From an uncultured Spirochaetota bacterium (lineage in GTDB: Bacteria; Spirochaetota; Spirochaetia; SZUA-6; Fen-1364): a stretch of DNA of 64,000 bases. Position numbers and translations under genes: made by a program. Below, in pieces: positions 51,362-60,477 of this stretch (position 1 is its first letter; every line of letters begins with the position of its first letter). The stretch spans positions 512,001 through 576,000 of the forward strand of contig CAWGAA010000003.1 in assembly GCA_963820525.1 (NCBI GenBank), written 5' to 3'. The notes under the pieces were generated by a model, which made no database searches, had not been told where the DNA came from, and saw only the letters and a list, made by a program, of their open reading frames with translations.

Positions 51362-52558
51362 ATGGCCGACGTTGTGGATTATGGCATTGACAGGGCGTAC
51401 AAGAAGGAAACGGAAAGGTACCTCGACTTCCAGCTCGGCCACATCGCAGAGAAGATTCTCCTGGTAGACCAGTCGCTTCCCTTCTCGGACGCGCTGGCGT
51501 ATTTCGACAGGGACAAGGAGGTCTCCGGGATCGCCGTGGAGGAATGGGACAAGGTCACCGGGGTCCTGAGCAGGGACAAGGCCCTCGACAAGTCCAGCTC
51601 GCGCATCGAGATGCTCAAGGGCAAGACGGTGAAGGCGTACCTCCAGGACGACACGCTGCGCTTCGACGCGTCGGACTTCTGCGAGAAGGCCTTCTCCCAG
51701 GTCATCAGGATCGAGGACAGGAAGATCAACAACCTGGTGATCTACGAGGGCACGCACTTCCTCGGCATCATCCCCATCAACCACCTCATCCTGCACATCA
51801 ACAAGATCCGGGAGATGGCCTACGAGCACGCCCGCTACATCCAGCAGTTCTTCCTGGACAAGAGCACGAAGAAGGTCGAAGGCATCGAGTTCGCGGACTT
51901 CATCAGGATGGCGCATCAGATCGGGGGGGATTTCTACCACGTCAGGAGGATCTCCGACACCGAATCCGTGTTCGCCTCCTTCGACGTGGCCAGCAAGGAT
52001 ATCGCGGCCTCACTCACCACGGGGCTGTTGAGCTCCTTCTTCTCCATGTACTTCGAAACCCACGCCGGCAACTACGATCCGAAGGAGATGGTGAAGAGCC
52101 TCAACTCGATCCTTGTGGAGCAGACCCCGGCCGATATCTTCGTCGTGGCGCTCGTCCTCTCATTCGACGTGAATCGGCGCGTCGTACGGATCTTCAACCA
52201 CGGGTATTCGCCCCTGTACGTCTGCGCGCCCACGGGGAGCACCACGGCGAGGCTGACGCGGATAAAACCCTCTCTGATGCCGCTCGGGATAAGCAAGGAC
52301 ATCGATTTCGATGCGGGGACCAAGGAGATGCAGGTTGCCCCGCACACGCGATTCTTCATGTGCTCGGACGGGCTTCTCGACGCAATGGATCTCCACGGCA
52401 ACCGCTACGGGGATGAGAAGATAAAGAACTTCGTCATGTCCCATATAACGCTGAAGCCGGACGCGTTCATGAAGGCCCTGGTGGAAGAATATGACGCGTA
52501 TACCAAGGACGCCGTCCAGGTCGACGATTTCACGGCCATCATGATCGAGGTGCAGTAG
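51362..52558 (+). CDS. CBS-domain plus SpoIIE/RsbU-type PP2C phosphatase
   Basis: IGGDFY, FDVASK, NHGY, CSDGL, DDFT; N-terminal CBS-like pair. Confidence 0.85.
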   Translation: MADVVDYGIDRAYKKETERYLDFQLGHIAEKILLVDQSLPFSDALAYFDRDKEVSGIAVEEWDKVTGVLSRDKALDKSSSRIEMLKGKTVKAYLQDDTLRFDASDFCEKAFSQVIRIEDRKINNLVIYEGTHFLGIIPINHLILHINKIREMAYEHARYIQQFFLDKSTKKVEGIEFADFIRMAHQIGGDFYHVRRISDTESVFASFDVASKDIAASLTTGLLSSFFSMYFETHAGNYDPKEMVKSLNSILVEQTPADIFVVALVLSFDVNRRVVRIFNHGYSPLYVCAPTGSTTARLTRIKPSLMPLGISKDIDFDAGTKEMQVAPHTRFFMCSDGLLDAMDLHGNRYGDEKIKNFVMSHITLKPDAFMKALVEEYDAYTKDAVQVDDFTAIMIEVQ

Positions 52559-52580
52559 GGGGCTCCCCGCCGCTCTGATA

Positions 52581-52773
52581 CAGCCCCGAAAAGGCGGCCG
52601 GCGCAACGCCTGATGCTCGACCGTGGAGCGCTCCGCAAGGGACAGGGATGCCTTGCCGCCTTCGCGGGCCGGGAGAGGAGCCACCCGGCAACGGATGCGC
52701 CGAAGGTCGTGGATGCGCGGGGCCGGCCACTGCACAGACGGATGCCTATGCGCCGGCCGCCTTTTCGGGGCTG
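52581..52773. mobile_element. 193-bp element with perfect 25-bp terminal inverted repeats (MITE-like or structured ncRNA)
   Basis: CAGCCCCGAAAAGGCGGCCGGCGCA (52581-52605) and TGCGCCGGCCGCCTTTTCGGGGCTG (52749-52773); lies between convergent genes; no obvious target-site duplication. Confidence 0.65.
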
Positions 52774-52832
52774 CGGACCCCACGTTGGGCTTGAAAGCCC
52801 ACCCGGGGCATCGGACCCCGGGCGCGCGTGTG

Positions 52833-53453
52833 TCAGGGGCTGCGAGCTGTTGTCTGCTCCAGCTCTCGAATCACCCTGAAGGTATCCTGCAAGACACGGT
52901 TGTACAGCACGCGCGCCTTCCTTGGGTCCCTCCTGCTTACCTCGACGAAGGAATAGAACGCCACCCGAGTCCTGTCGCTTCCCGAGACGATGTTCATCAT
53001 CCGACTCTGGTGGGCGAGGAGCGCCGCGGCGCCGAAACAGTCTCCCGCGCCGTAGCGGTGCTCCTTGTTGTTCTGCGGGTAGGCCATTCCCCGGACCACC
53101 TCGCAGATCGTATCAGCCTCTTCCCCTTTCCTGACGATGACCTCTCCCTTGCTGAAATCCCTGTAGACGACCTGCCCGCGCGCTTCCGCCGGTGAGACGG
53201 GACCCATCCCGATCATCTCGTAATACCCGGCCACCTTGCGTATCTCGGGCTTGGTCAGGGAATGCTGCCGCAAGGCACGCAGCGAGTCGTGCTTTATCAT
53301 TGCCATGCCCCTGGCCATGTTCATGGCTTCGTTCTCCACGTCCGACTCAGTCATCCCCATGATGTTCTGATCGATCTCCAGGCGCGTATTGAAGGGACAA
53401 TGGGGGTGCCTGCATCGCACGGCGTAGACTCCCTTGTTCAATCGGTACGGCAT
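52833..53453 (-). CDS. Cyclic-nucleotide-binding domain protein with N-terminal Cys/His domain
   Basis: FSKGEVIVRKGE, GDCFG..ALL..QSR; N-terminal CRHPHC..KHD..QH; SD AAGGAGG supports ATG 53453. Confidence 0.8.
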   Translation of the reverse strand: MPYRLNKGVYAVRCRHPHCPFNTRLEIDQNIMGMTESDVENEAMNMARGMAMIKHDSLRALRQHSLTKPEIRKVAGYYEMIGMGPVSPAEARGQVVYRDFSKGEVIVRKGEEADTICEVVRGMAYPQNNKEHRYGAGDCFGAAALLAHQSRMMNIVSGSDRTRVAFYSFVEVSRRDPRKARVLYNRVLQDTFRVIRELEQTTARSP

Positions 53454-53698
53454 CACAATCCTCCTTGCAGCAACCGACAATGCATTGGCAAGATCCATGC
53501 CAGAGAGAAGCTTCCCGCTTTCTTTAGTAATTATTTTCTATATAAACAATTAAAACGTGGAAATACCGACGCCTGCTTACTGACGCATGATATCCGAATT
53601 ACAGCTTTTTGGCTGAGATGTCTCTGAATTACAGATAAGTAACCCGGGAAACCGGATAGAAGTCGGCTTGAAGCAGGAAAAACGGCCTCTATCTTCAA

Positions 53699-55243
53699 TT
53701 ATAAGAGCTCGAGCTCCACCATCTCGATGGCCATGAGCGACACATCGTCATCGAACGAGTCCTTGCCGCGCCATTCGATCACTTCTTTCTTGACCCGAGC
53801 CGCCGCATCTCTGACCTTCCGGGAGATGGTCTCCCCCACGATGAAGATCAGCTTCTCCCGCGAGAAGCGTATCGATCTGGCGTCGGCGCACTCGGTGAGC
53901 CCGTCGGAGTAGAGGAACAGCTTGTCTCCCGGCTCCAGAATCACTTCCGTCTCCGTGGCATCGATATAGCGGGCAAGCCCGACGGCGTATCCCCCCGGGC
54001 GGATCTCCTGGAGAGCGCCGCCCGCTTTTTGAAGTATGGGGTAGGGATGCCCGGCCCGAACGAGGGTGAGCTTTCCCGTCCCGCGGTCGATCACGCCGTA
54101 GCAGATCGTGAAGAACATCTGCTCGCCGCCTCCGTGGAATAGCTCGTTGAGCTTTTCCACGACGCGCCGGGGCGCGCGCGGGTCCGCATCAAGCAGGGGG
54201 AGCCGTTCGGGTTTCGCCGGATCGGGGCTGAGCAGGCGGCTTAAGAGCAGGACGATGGAGGTGGCGGCTACCCCGTGACCCATCACGTCAATGATGTACA
54301 GGCCGAGGTGCCGCTCGTCGATGGAAAAGAAGTTGTAGATGTCGCCGGCGCCGTATGTGGCGGGGATGAGGAACCCGCTCATGCGGAAGCCGCTCTGCTC
54401 GATATCGTCCTTTGGCAGCAGGCTCTTGTGGAAATCCGCGGCGCTCTCCATCTCCCGCGCGATCAGCTCCTGGATCTTGTTGCGCTCCGACATGTCGCGG
54501 AACGTCAATACTGTCCCCTTGATCGTCCCATCCGCGGCGCGGTAGGGCTCCACCCTCACGTCAACCAGGCAGCTCTTCCCGTCCTTGGCCGACAGGATGC
54601 AGCCCCGGAGGTCCGCGCTCTCGCCTCGCGCCGCCACCCTTTCCAGCGGGATGGCGATCGGGACGCGCGTCTTGGAGTCCAGAGCCGAGAGCAGCCGCAG
54701 CGCCGAAACCGATGGCGGCAGGGGCGAGGCGATCCCGAGCAGGAAATGAGCCGTGGCGTTGGCGTACTCGATGGTTCCCACGGGGGAGGTCACCAGGATC
54801 CCGTCCCCGACGGATTGGAGGATGTCGGTGAGCTTTTCCTTGGAGCGGCGAAGCTCCTCCTGAACGGAGGCCTTGTGGAGGGCCATCTTGATCGTGACCT
54901 GGAGGGCTCTTTCGTCGAACGGCTTCAGCACGTAGCCGAAGGGCTCCGTCAGCTTCGCCATTTCCAGCGTATCGGCGTCAGAATATGCCGTGAGGTAGAT
55001 CACGGGCACATGGAAAGAGTTCTTGATGAGCCCCGCGGCGACAATGCCGCTCATCTTTCCATCGAGCCGGATGTCCATGAGCACGAGATCGGGGGCGATC
55101 TCCCTGAACCTCTCCATAGCCTCTTCCCCCGTGGCGGTGATGGCGGGGACTTCATACCCGATCCGCTCGAGATACGTCTTGATGGCTAGGGCCACGAGCT
55201 CTTCATCTTCGACGACGAGTATCCGTGCTTTTCGCATGGGCAT
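53699..55243 (-). CDS. Response regulator (REC-PAS-PP2C phosphatase)
   Basis: VVEDE, LMDI, YLTA, KPF; PAS; GDIY, DVMGHG, AGHP, YSDGL, DDVS. Confidence 0.92.
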   Translation of the reverse strand: MPMRKARILVVEDEELVALAIKTYLERIGYEVPAITATGEEAMERFREIAPDLVLMDIRLDGKMSGIVAAGLIKNSFHVPVIYLTAYSDADTLEMAKLTEPFGYVLKPFDERALQVTIKMALHKASVQEELRRSKEKLTDILQSVGDGILVTSPVGTIEYANATAHFLLGIASPLPPSVSALRLLSALDSKTRVPIAIPLERVAARGESADLRGCILSAKDGKSCLVDVRVEPYRAADGTIKGTVLTFRDMSERNKIQELIAREMESAADFHKSLLPKDDIEQSGFRMSGFLIPATYGAGDIYNFFSIDERHLGLYIIDVMGHGVAATSIVLLLSRLLSPDPAKPERLPLLDADPRAPRRVVEKLNELFHGGGEQMFFTICYGVIDRGTGKLTLVRAGHPYPILQKAGGALQEIRPGGYAVGLARYIDATETEVILEPGDKLFLYSDGLTECADARSIRFSREKLIFIVGETISRKVRDAAARVKKEVIEWRGKDSFDDDVSLMAIEMVELELL

Positions 55244-55332
55244 CCCTTCGGCTTTTTTGGGGCCATTAGAATATACCTCGCCGTTTCCGCTTTTTCAGGA
55301 GTTGAGAAAATAAAAATCCCCGCCTCCGGGCT

Positions 55333-57045
55333 TCAGGACTCGGGAAACTCGATCGCGCAGCGCGTCCCGGGAGCCCCCTCCACGCGGATCTCACCATGGA
55401 GCTGCTTCACCAGACGCGCGACGATCTGCGTGCCCAGCGAGCTCTCGCTGGGGAACTCCATGCCGGGCGGCAGGCCGACCCCGTTGTCCGCCACGACCAG
55501 CTGGATCCTTCCCGGCGCGGTCCGGGACAGCTCGACCCTGATCTCGGGGTCAAGCTTTTGCAGCTCGGCGGGAAAGGCATGCTTCAGGGAATTTGTGCAC
55601 AGCTCATTGACGATGAGCCCGCAGGGGATCGCCTGATCGATGCCGAGGTTGATGTTTTCCACCACGGGCACGTAGGAGATGCCGCCGGCCTCGTAGGCCG
55701 CTAAAAGGCGGGTCACCAGGTTTCGAAGATACGTCCCGAAATCGATGCTGCGAAGGTCGTGGGAGCGGTAGAGATCGTCATGGATCAAGGCCATGGAAAA
55801 GACCTGGTTCCTGCAGTCCCTGACGATGGCCTTGAACCCGGGATCCGAGACGCGCACTTCCTTGAGGTAGAGGAGGCTGGAGACGATCTGGAGATTGTTC
55901 TTCACCCGGTGATGGATCTCCTTCAGCAGAACGCTCTTCTCCGCGAGGGATGCCAGCACCTTCTCCTCCGCCCGCTTCCTGTCGGAGACGTCGCGCATGA
56001 TCCCTTCGACACCGCTCTTCTCGCCCCGCTCGTCGAACACGGCGTGGGCGTTGAGGGAGACGTCGAACAGCCGCGAGTCGGGTCCCCGCACCCGAAGCTC
56101 GTAGTCGGAGACCGCCCCGCGGGAGGCCAGCTCCCTGCCCATCGTCTCCCCGGCTACCGTCTCGTCGAAGAAGAACGCCACGGGCTTTCCGAGAATCGCC
56201 TGCGGCTCGTAGCCGAACGTGCGGACCGAGGGGCTGATCAGACGCACGATCCCCTCGGCGTCCGTCCTGAAATACACGTCTTGCAGGGACTCGAAGATGG
56301 CGCGGTACCTCCGCTCGCTTTCGGCAAGCGCCTGCTTGGCCGCGGCCGCCTCGACGGCCTCATGGGATCTCTGGATCCCCACGAACGCCACAGCCGCAAG
56401 CCACGCGTACTCGAGGCTGTAGGGGGAGTTGACGAGCCCCAGGTCGATGGCGAAGCCGTGAGCGAAGGAGGCGCAGATGATGCCCAGGAGCCAGAAAAGG
56501 GACCTCGCTTCCCGACGGTAGCCGTCCCTGGCGTACCGCCAGACCACCCAGAACAGGTAGACGAAGAGCGCCATGCCGGCATAGGTCTGGATAATCGTGA
56601 CGATCCCCGACTCTACCTCCCTATAGACCACCTCCAGGCCGAAGGGAAGGGCCACGCGGCGAACAAGGGGTTTCCCGACGATCCAGGTCAGATCCCCCAG
56701 CCCCGCCGTCTGTGCGGCGATACTCGCGCCGAACCAGGCCATGAAGGAGATGAAAAGGCCGCGCGGCACCCTCTCCGTCTTGCTCGAGAGATACCAGAGG
56801 AAGCACATGGCGATGACGTTGAGGAAGATCGCCTGCGCCCGGAGCCAGGGAACGCTCTCGGCGGGGGCGGACACCGTGTACTCTCCGGCGCAGGCCAGAT
56901 CGTAGACGGCAGCGGCGAAGCAGGTGAGGGCGAACGCGATATCGGAGCGGTGCCCGCGCAGCCGCGACCAGGCCAGGAGCTCGTAGAAGGCAACGGTGAG
57001 GCATGCGGTGGCCATCGCGACGGGCAGGACGAAATACAGGCTCAT
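55333..57045 (-). CDS. Membrane sensor histidine kinase (multi-TM, PAS, HisKA_2, HATPase)
   Basis: KEIHHRVKNNLQ, NELCTNSLKHAF, DNGVG, SLG; start reassigned to ATG 57045. Confidence 0.9.
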   Translation of the reverse strand: MSLYFVLPVAMATACLTVAFYELLAWSRLRGHRSDIAFALTCFAAAVYDLACAGEYTVSAPAESVPWLRAQAIFLNVIAMCFLWYLSSKTERVPRGLFISFMAWFGASIAAQTAGLGDLTWIVGKPLVRRVALPFGLEVVYREVESGIVTIIQTYAGMALFVYLFWVVWRYARDGYRREARSLFWLLGIICASFAHGFAIDLGLVNSPYSLEYAWLAAVAFVGIQRSHEAVEAAAAKQALAESERRYRAIFESLQDVYFRTDAEGIVRLISPSVRTFGYEPQAILGKPVAFFFDETVAGETMGRELASRGAVSDYELRVRGPDSRLFDVSLNAHAVFDERGEKSGVEGIMRDVSDRKRAEEKVLASLAEKSVLLKEIHHRVKNNLQIVSSLLYLKEVRVSDPGFKAIVRDCRNQVFSMALIHDDLYRSHDLRSIDFGTYLRNLVTRLLAAYEAGGISYVPVVENINLGIDQAIPCGLIVNELCTNSLKHAFPAELQKLDPEIRVELSRTAPGRIQLVVADNGVGLPPGMEFPSESSLGTQIVARLVKQLHGEIRVEGAPGTRCAIEFPES

Positions 57046-57052
57046 GAACGCT

Positions 57053-57125
57053 ACTATAGTTTGTCCTTCCCCTTTTTCCAACGCCGCACCGATCATTGAC
57101 AGCGGCGGAAGGATGGACCTATCAT
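57053..57125. promoter_or_regulatory. Back-to-back sigma70 promoters, both apparently giving leaderless mRNAs
   Basis: Minus: TTGGAA-N17-TATAGT-N7-ATG(57045); plus: TTGACA-N18-TATCAT-N5-ATG(57131). Confidence 0.6.
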
Positions 57126-57130
57126 CTGCC

Positions 57131-57454
57131 ATGGCAATGAAACGGGGAACGAAAACCGCCCTTATCGTCCTCATCGTCGTCCTTTTCCTCGTCTACGCCC
57201 TGTACTCTCTGGTCGGCATCTCCGTCAAGCCGCCCAAGGACAGCCCCCCCGCGGGCGCCACGATCCTCTTCCTGCGTCGCGGCACCACCCTGCCGTTCCT
57301 CTCTTCCCCGGACAGCCAGAAGCAGAAGGCTCAAGGGGCGCCCTCCGGCACCCTGGTGCCCCTGTTTCCGCTAGAAAACAGGGTCATCGCGCGGCTGCCC
57401 TACAACCGGTCTCTCTATCTTCGGACCACGGGTGGGGTGGAGTTCCTGAAGTAG
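57131..57454 (+). CDS. Small single-TM hypothetical protein
   Basis: N-terminal hydrophobic helix; stop 2 nt before the next ATG. Confidence 0.7.
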   Translation: MAMKRGTKTALIVLIVVLFLVYALYSLVGISVKPPKDSPPAGATILFLRRGTTLPFLSSPDSQKQKAQGAPSGTLVPLFPLENRVIARLPYNRSLYLRTTGGVEFLK

Positions 57455-57456
57455 CC

Positions 57457-59589
57457 ATGGCAGAGAAGAAGCAAGGCTTTCTGGCGCGGCTCTTCAACCG
57501 GCTCGCCGGCAGGGATTCCTTCGAGCTCTCCGTCGGCTCCGTCGCGGCAAAGCTCGTGGAGGCGAACATCTCCCGAGCTGGAGGATCCGATCTGCGCCTG
57601 AGCGCCCGGAGGATCGAGCCTGACGCCCTCATGGCGGAGCTGGGTCCGCTCGGCCCGGCAACCCTCGCCGTCTTTTTCCGCGATGCGGATCCGCCCGATC
57701 TGATTTTTATCGCGCCCGATTCATCGCTGGCCGCTCTGGCCGGCTCAGCGCCGAACCCGGCCGCGAGCGGGAGCGCCGCGGCGGCCGCGAAAGCGTCACC
57801 CGCGGCCAGGGGAGGGATGCCTCCCCTGGCTCTCACGGTCTCGGAGAACCTCTCGGACTTCCTCCACCTGACCCCCGGCTCCCCCCCGTGCCCTTCCAGC
57901 CACCGCTACTTCAAGAAGTACGCGCCGCGCGACGCGGAGGAGCTTTCCTGGAAGGCATCTGCCTGCGTCTCCTACAAGCTTTTCCCGGGAGATGACGAGG
58001 AGAAGCCGGGCCCGAGGCTGTATGCGTGCGTCGAGCAGGGGATCGCCTCGCGGATCGAAGAATCCCTCGCCTCGGACCAGGCCTATCAGAAGGAGGTGCG
58101 CGCGCTGGTGGCTTCCCGCAAAGAGCCGTCTGCCCCGGCGGCGGAGGCCGCAGCCAGTGAAGTCAAGCTCATGGCGCCGAGGGAGTTCGTCGTGGGAAAC
58201 CTCTTCCTTCCCCCGCGAGTTCCCTGCGGGAAACAGGTGCTGGAGTCGCGGCTGGAGTCCGTGTGTCTCGCCGTGGACCGAAAGAGCGCGGGCGAGGCGG
58301 CGGGGAACTGGGTGCTCACCTCCTGCGAGCTGGGGCCCCGCAAATGGCCCGTGTGGTACTTCTTCCCCGCGGCCGAGGCGGGCACACCCGCGCTTTCACG
58401 GGACACGGTGAAGGGCATGGCGAGCTGCATCCTGCGCGAGTCTCTGACCGCTTTGAGCGCAACGCTCGGCGCGCGGGCGGACAAGCCCCAGATCGCCATG
58501 GATTCCCGGCCCAACCTTGCCGGTCAATCCGGGCTGCTCGTGCTCAAGGGCCGCGTGGGGGTGGGCCAGAGCTTCTTCCCCTGCCACATCTTCGTCGACT
58601 ACGCCCTGCTTTCCACCCTCTTGAAGACGTTCATGGATCCCGCGGAGATCGCTACGGCGCCCCGGGGACCTTTCGCCGCGCTTCCCCTTCTGTTCTCCCT
58701 GAACCAGAGCCTCTTTCGGCGCTCCATCGGCAGCTTCCACCTGGCCCTGGTCGGCGCACCGGCGCGCGAGGAGCCGTTCCCCTTTGCCGTCTTCATGGAC
58801 CTGATCCCCGAGCATGACTGCGCCATTGTGCTTCAGAACTACGCGCTTCAGACCGTCGGTGCGCGGGGACTTCGGCGGCTCTTCGGCTACCTGGAAAAAG
58901 GACAGACCCCGGACGGGAAGGCGGTGGCGCGGCTCGTCACTCCGCACTCGTTCGACGAGGCGAGGCTTCTTTCCTTCCTCCCGCAGAAGGCGCGGGAAGA
59001 TTGGAGCCACGCCGAGCGCGAGGTCGCCGGATCCCGGCCGGAGTACAACCGGGCCAACGCCGAGCTTCTCGAGGGGATACATCGCGCCATCAAGAAGAGG
59101 AGCCTCCTGGTTTCGCCGCGGACGCTCGCCGTGCTGGATAGGATGGTGATGCCCGCCGTGCGCGCCAGGGCAAAAGATGAGCTCGCCAGGATCGCGGCGA
59201 GCAAGATCCCCTTCGACACGATCAGGAAGCTGCCCAAGGCCCAGGTGCAGCAGTTTTTCGGCCTCCAGGCGAACAGGGCGCTGTGCCTCAGCCTCCTGGG
59301 CGCCGAGGACGAGCTTGCCTTCATCAACGCCAATGTGAGCAGGAAACGCTTTTCCCAGCTCTCGGAAGACCTGGAGTTCGCGCGCAGGCAGTACCGGGAT
59401 GGGACCATCGAGACGGATGACGTCCTGCGGGCCAAGCGTGAAATGGAAAGCGCGGCGCGCAAGCTGATCGAAGACCTGGCCCGACAGGCGGCCCGCGAAA
59501 GGTCACGCAAGACAGGCGGCGGCGACGGCGGAGAACGCGCGCGCTACAAGGGTTGGGCGCGCTCCAAGCCGCGCCCCGAGCGGGGCTAA
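57457..59589 (+). CDS. Hypothetical 710-aa protein with C-terminal FliG-C-like domain
   Basis: IPFDTIRKLPKAQVQ..LCLSLLGA..NVSRKRFSQLSEDLEF..DDVLRAKREM..ARKL parallels FliG_C. Confidence 0.65.
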   Translation: MAEKKQGFLARLFNRLAGRDSFELSVGSVAAKLVEANISRAGGSDLRLSARRIEPDALMAELGPLGPATLAVFFRDADPPDLIFIAPDSSLAALAGSAPNPAASGSAAAAAKASPAARGGMPPLALTVSENLSDFLHLTPGSPPCPSSHRYFKKYAPRDAEELSWKASACVSYKLFPGDDEEKPGPRLYACVEQGIASRIEESLASDQAYQKEVRALVASRKEPSAPAAEAAASEVKLMAPREFVVGNLFLPPRVPCGKQVLESRLESVCLAVDRKSAGEAAGNWVLTSCELGPRKWPVWYFFPAAEAGTPALSRDTVKGMASCILRESLTALSATLGARADKPQIAMDSRPNLAGQSGLLVLKGRVGVGQSFFPCHIFVDYALLSTLLKTFMDPAEIATAPRGPFAALPLLFSLNQSLFRRSIGSFHLALVGAPAREEPFPFAVFMDLIPEHDCAIVLQNYALQTVGARGLRRLFGYLEKGQTPDGKAVARLVTPHSFDEARLLSFLPQKAREDWSHAEREVAGSRPEYNRANAELLEGIHRAIKKRSLLVSPRTLAVLDRMVMPAVRARAKDELARIAASKIPFDTIRKLPKAQVQQFFGLQANRALCLSLLGAEDELAFINANVSRKRFSQLSEDLEFARRQYRDGTIETDDVLRAKREMESAARKLIEDLARQAARERSRKTGGGDGGERARYKGWARSKPRPERG

Positions 59590-59667
59590 GACCGCTTTCG
59601 ACGCTGGCAATGCGCCCACGGCTCGACTATACTTGTTCGATAGGGAAACGATAGAGGGAGTTTTCGA

Positions 59668-60465
59668 ATGGCGAGAAAAGGCTCGGACACATCGACTATT
59701 CTCGGGATGGCCATCGGCTTTGGGGGCCTCATTGTCGGATTCCTCCTGGAAGGCGGCAAGGTCCTCTCCCTGGTCGGCGTGAGCGCGCTCATCATCATCA
59801 TCGCCGGGACCATGGGCGCCTGCGTCATCTCTTTCAGCCTCAAGGACGTTCTGGGAATTCCCCGGCTCATCGCCAAGTCGATGCGCGCCGTGAGAGGGCC
59901 CAACCCCCGCCTGGTGCAGACGCTTTTGGAGTTCGCCGAGAAGGCGCGCAAGGACGGGATCCTCAGCCTCGAGGACACCCTGGAGGAACTGGAGGACGAG
60001 ACCCTGAAAAAGGGCCTCCGGCTCGTCGTGGATGGAACCGAATCGGAAACCCTCATCGAAGTGCTGGAAAACGACCTGGCCGTGTACGAGGCGCGAATGC
60101 GCGACGAGGCCGGCCTGTTCGAAGCCGCGGGAGGATTCTCCCCGACCATGGGGATCATCGGAACGGTCATGGGACTCGTCCTCGTGCTCTCGCGTCTGGG
60201 GGCGGACACCAAGGAGCTGGGGCACGCCATCGCCACCGCGTTCATCGCCACGCTGTACGGAATCGCCTTCGCCAACCTGATCTGGCTGCCGGTTGCCAAC
60301 AAGCTGAAGCTGCAGCTGAAGTTCGAGCGCATGGAGAAGGAGCTCATCATCATGGGCGTCCGCTCCATCCAGCAGGGCGAGAGCCCCGCGCTGGTGAAGG
60401 AAAAAATAGAAGGATACCTCGAGGAAAGGGATTTGAGGGCGCTGGACGAATCCCGGGCCCCTTGA
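59668..60465 (+). CDS. motA: Stator A subunit MotA
   Basis: ARKDGILSLE, GLRLVVDG, PTMGIIGTVMGL, AFIATLYGI..ANL..P. Confidence 0.93.
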   Translation: MARKGSDTSTILGMAIGFGGLIVGFLLEGGKVLSLVGVSALIIIIAGTMGACVISFSLKDVLGIPRLIAKSMRAVRGPNPRLVQTLLEFAEKARKDGILSLEDTLEELEDETLKKGLRLVVDGTESETLIEVLENDLAVYEARMRDEAGLFEAAGGFSPTMGIIGTVMGLVLVLSRLGADTKELGHAIATAFIATLYGIAFANLIWLPVANKLKLQLKFERMEKELIIMGVRSIQQGESPALVKEKIEGYLEERDLRALDESRAP

Positions 60466-60477
60466 ACGGCAGCGTAC

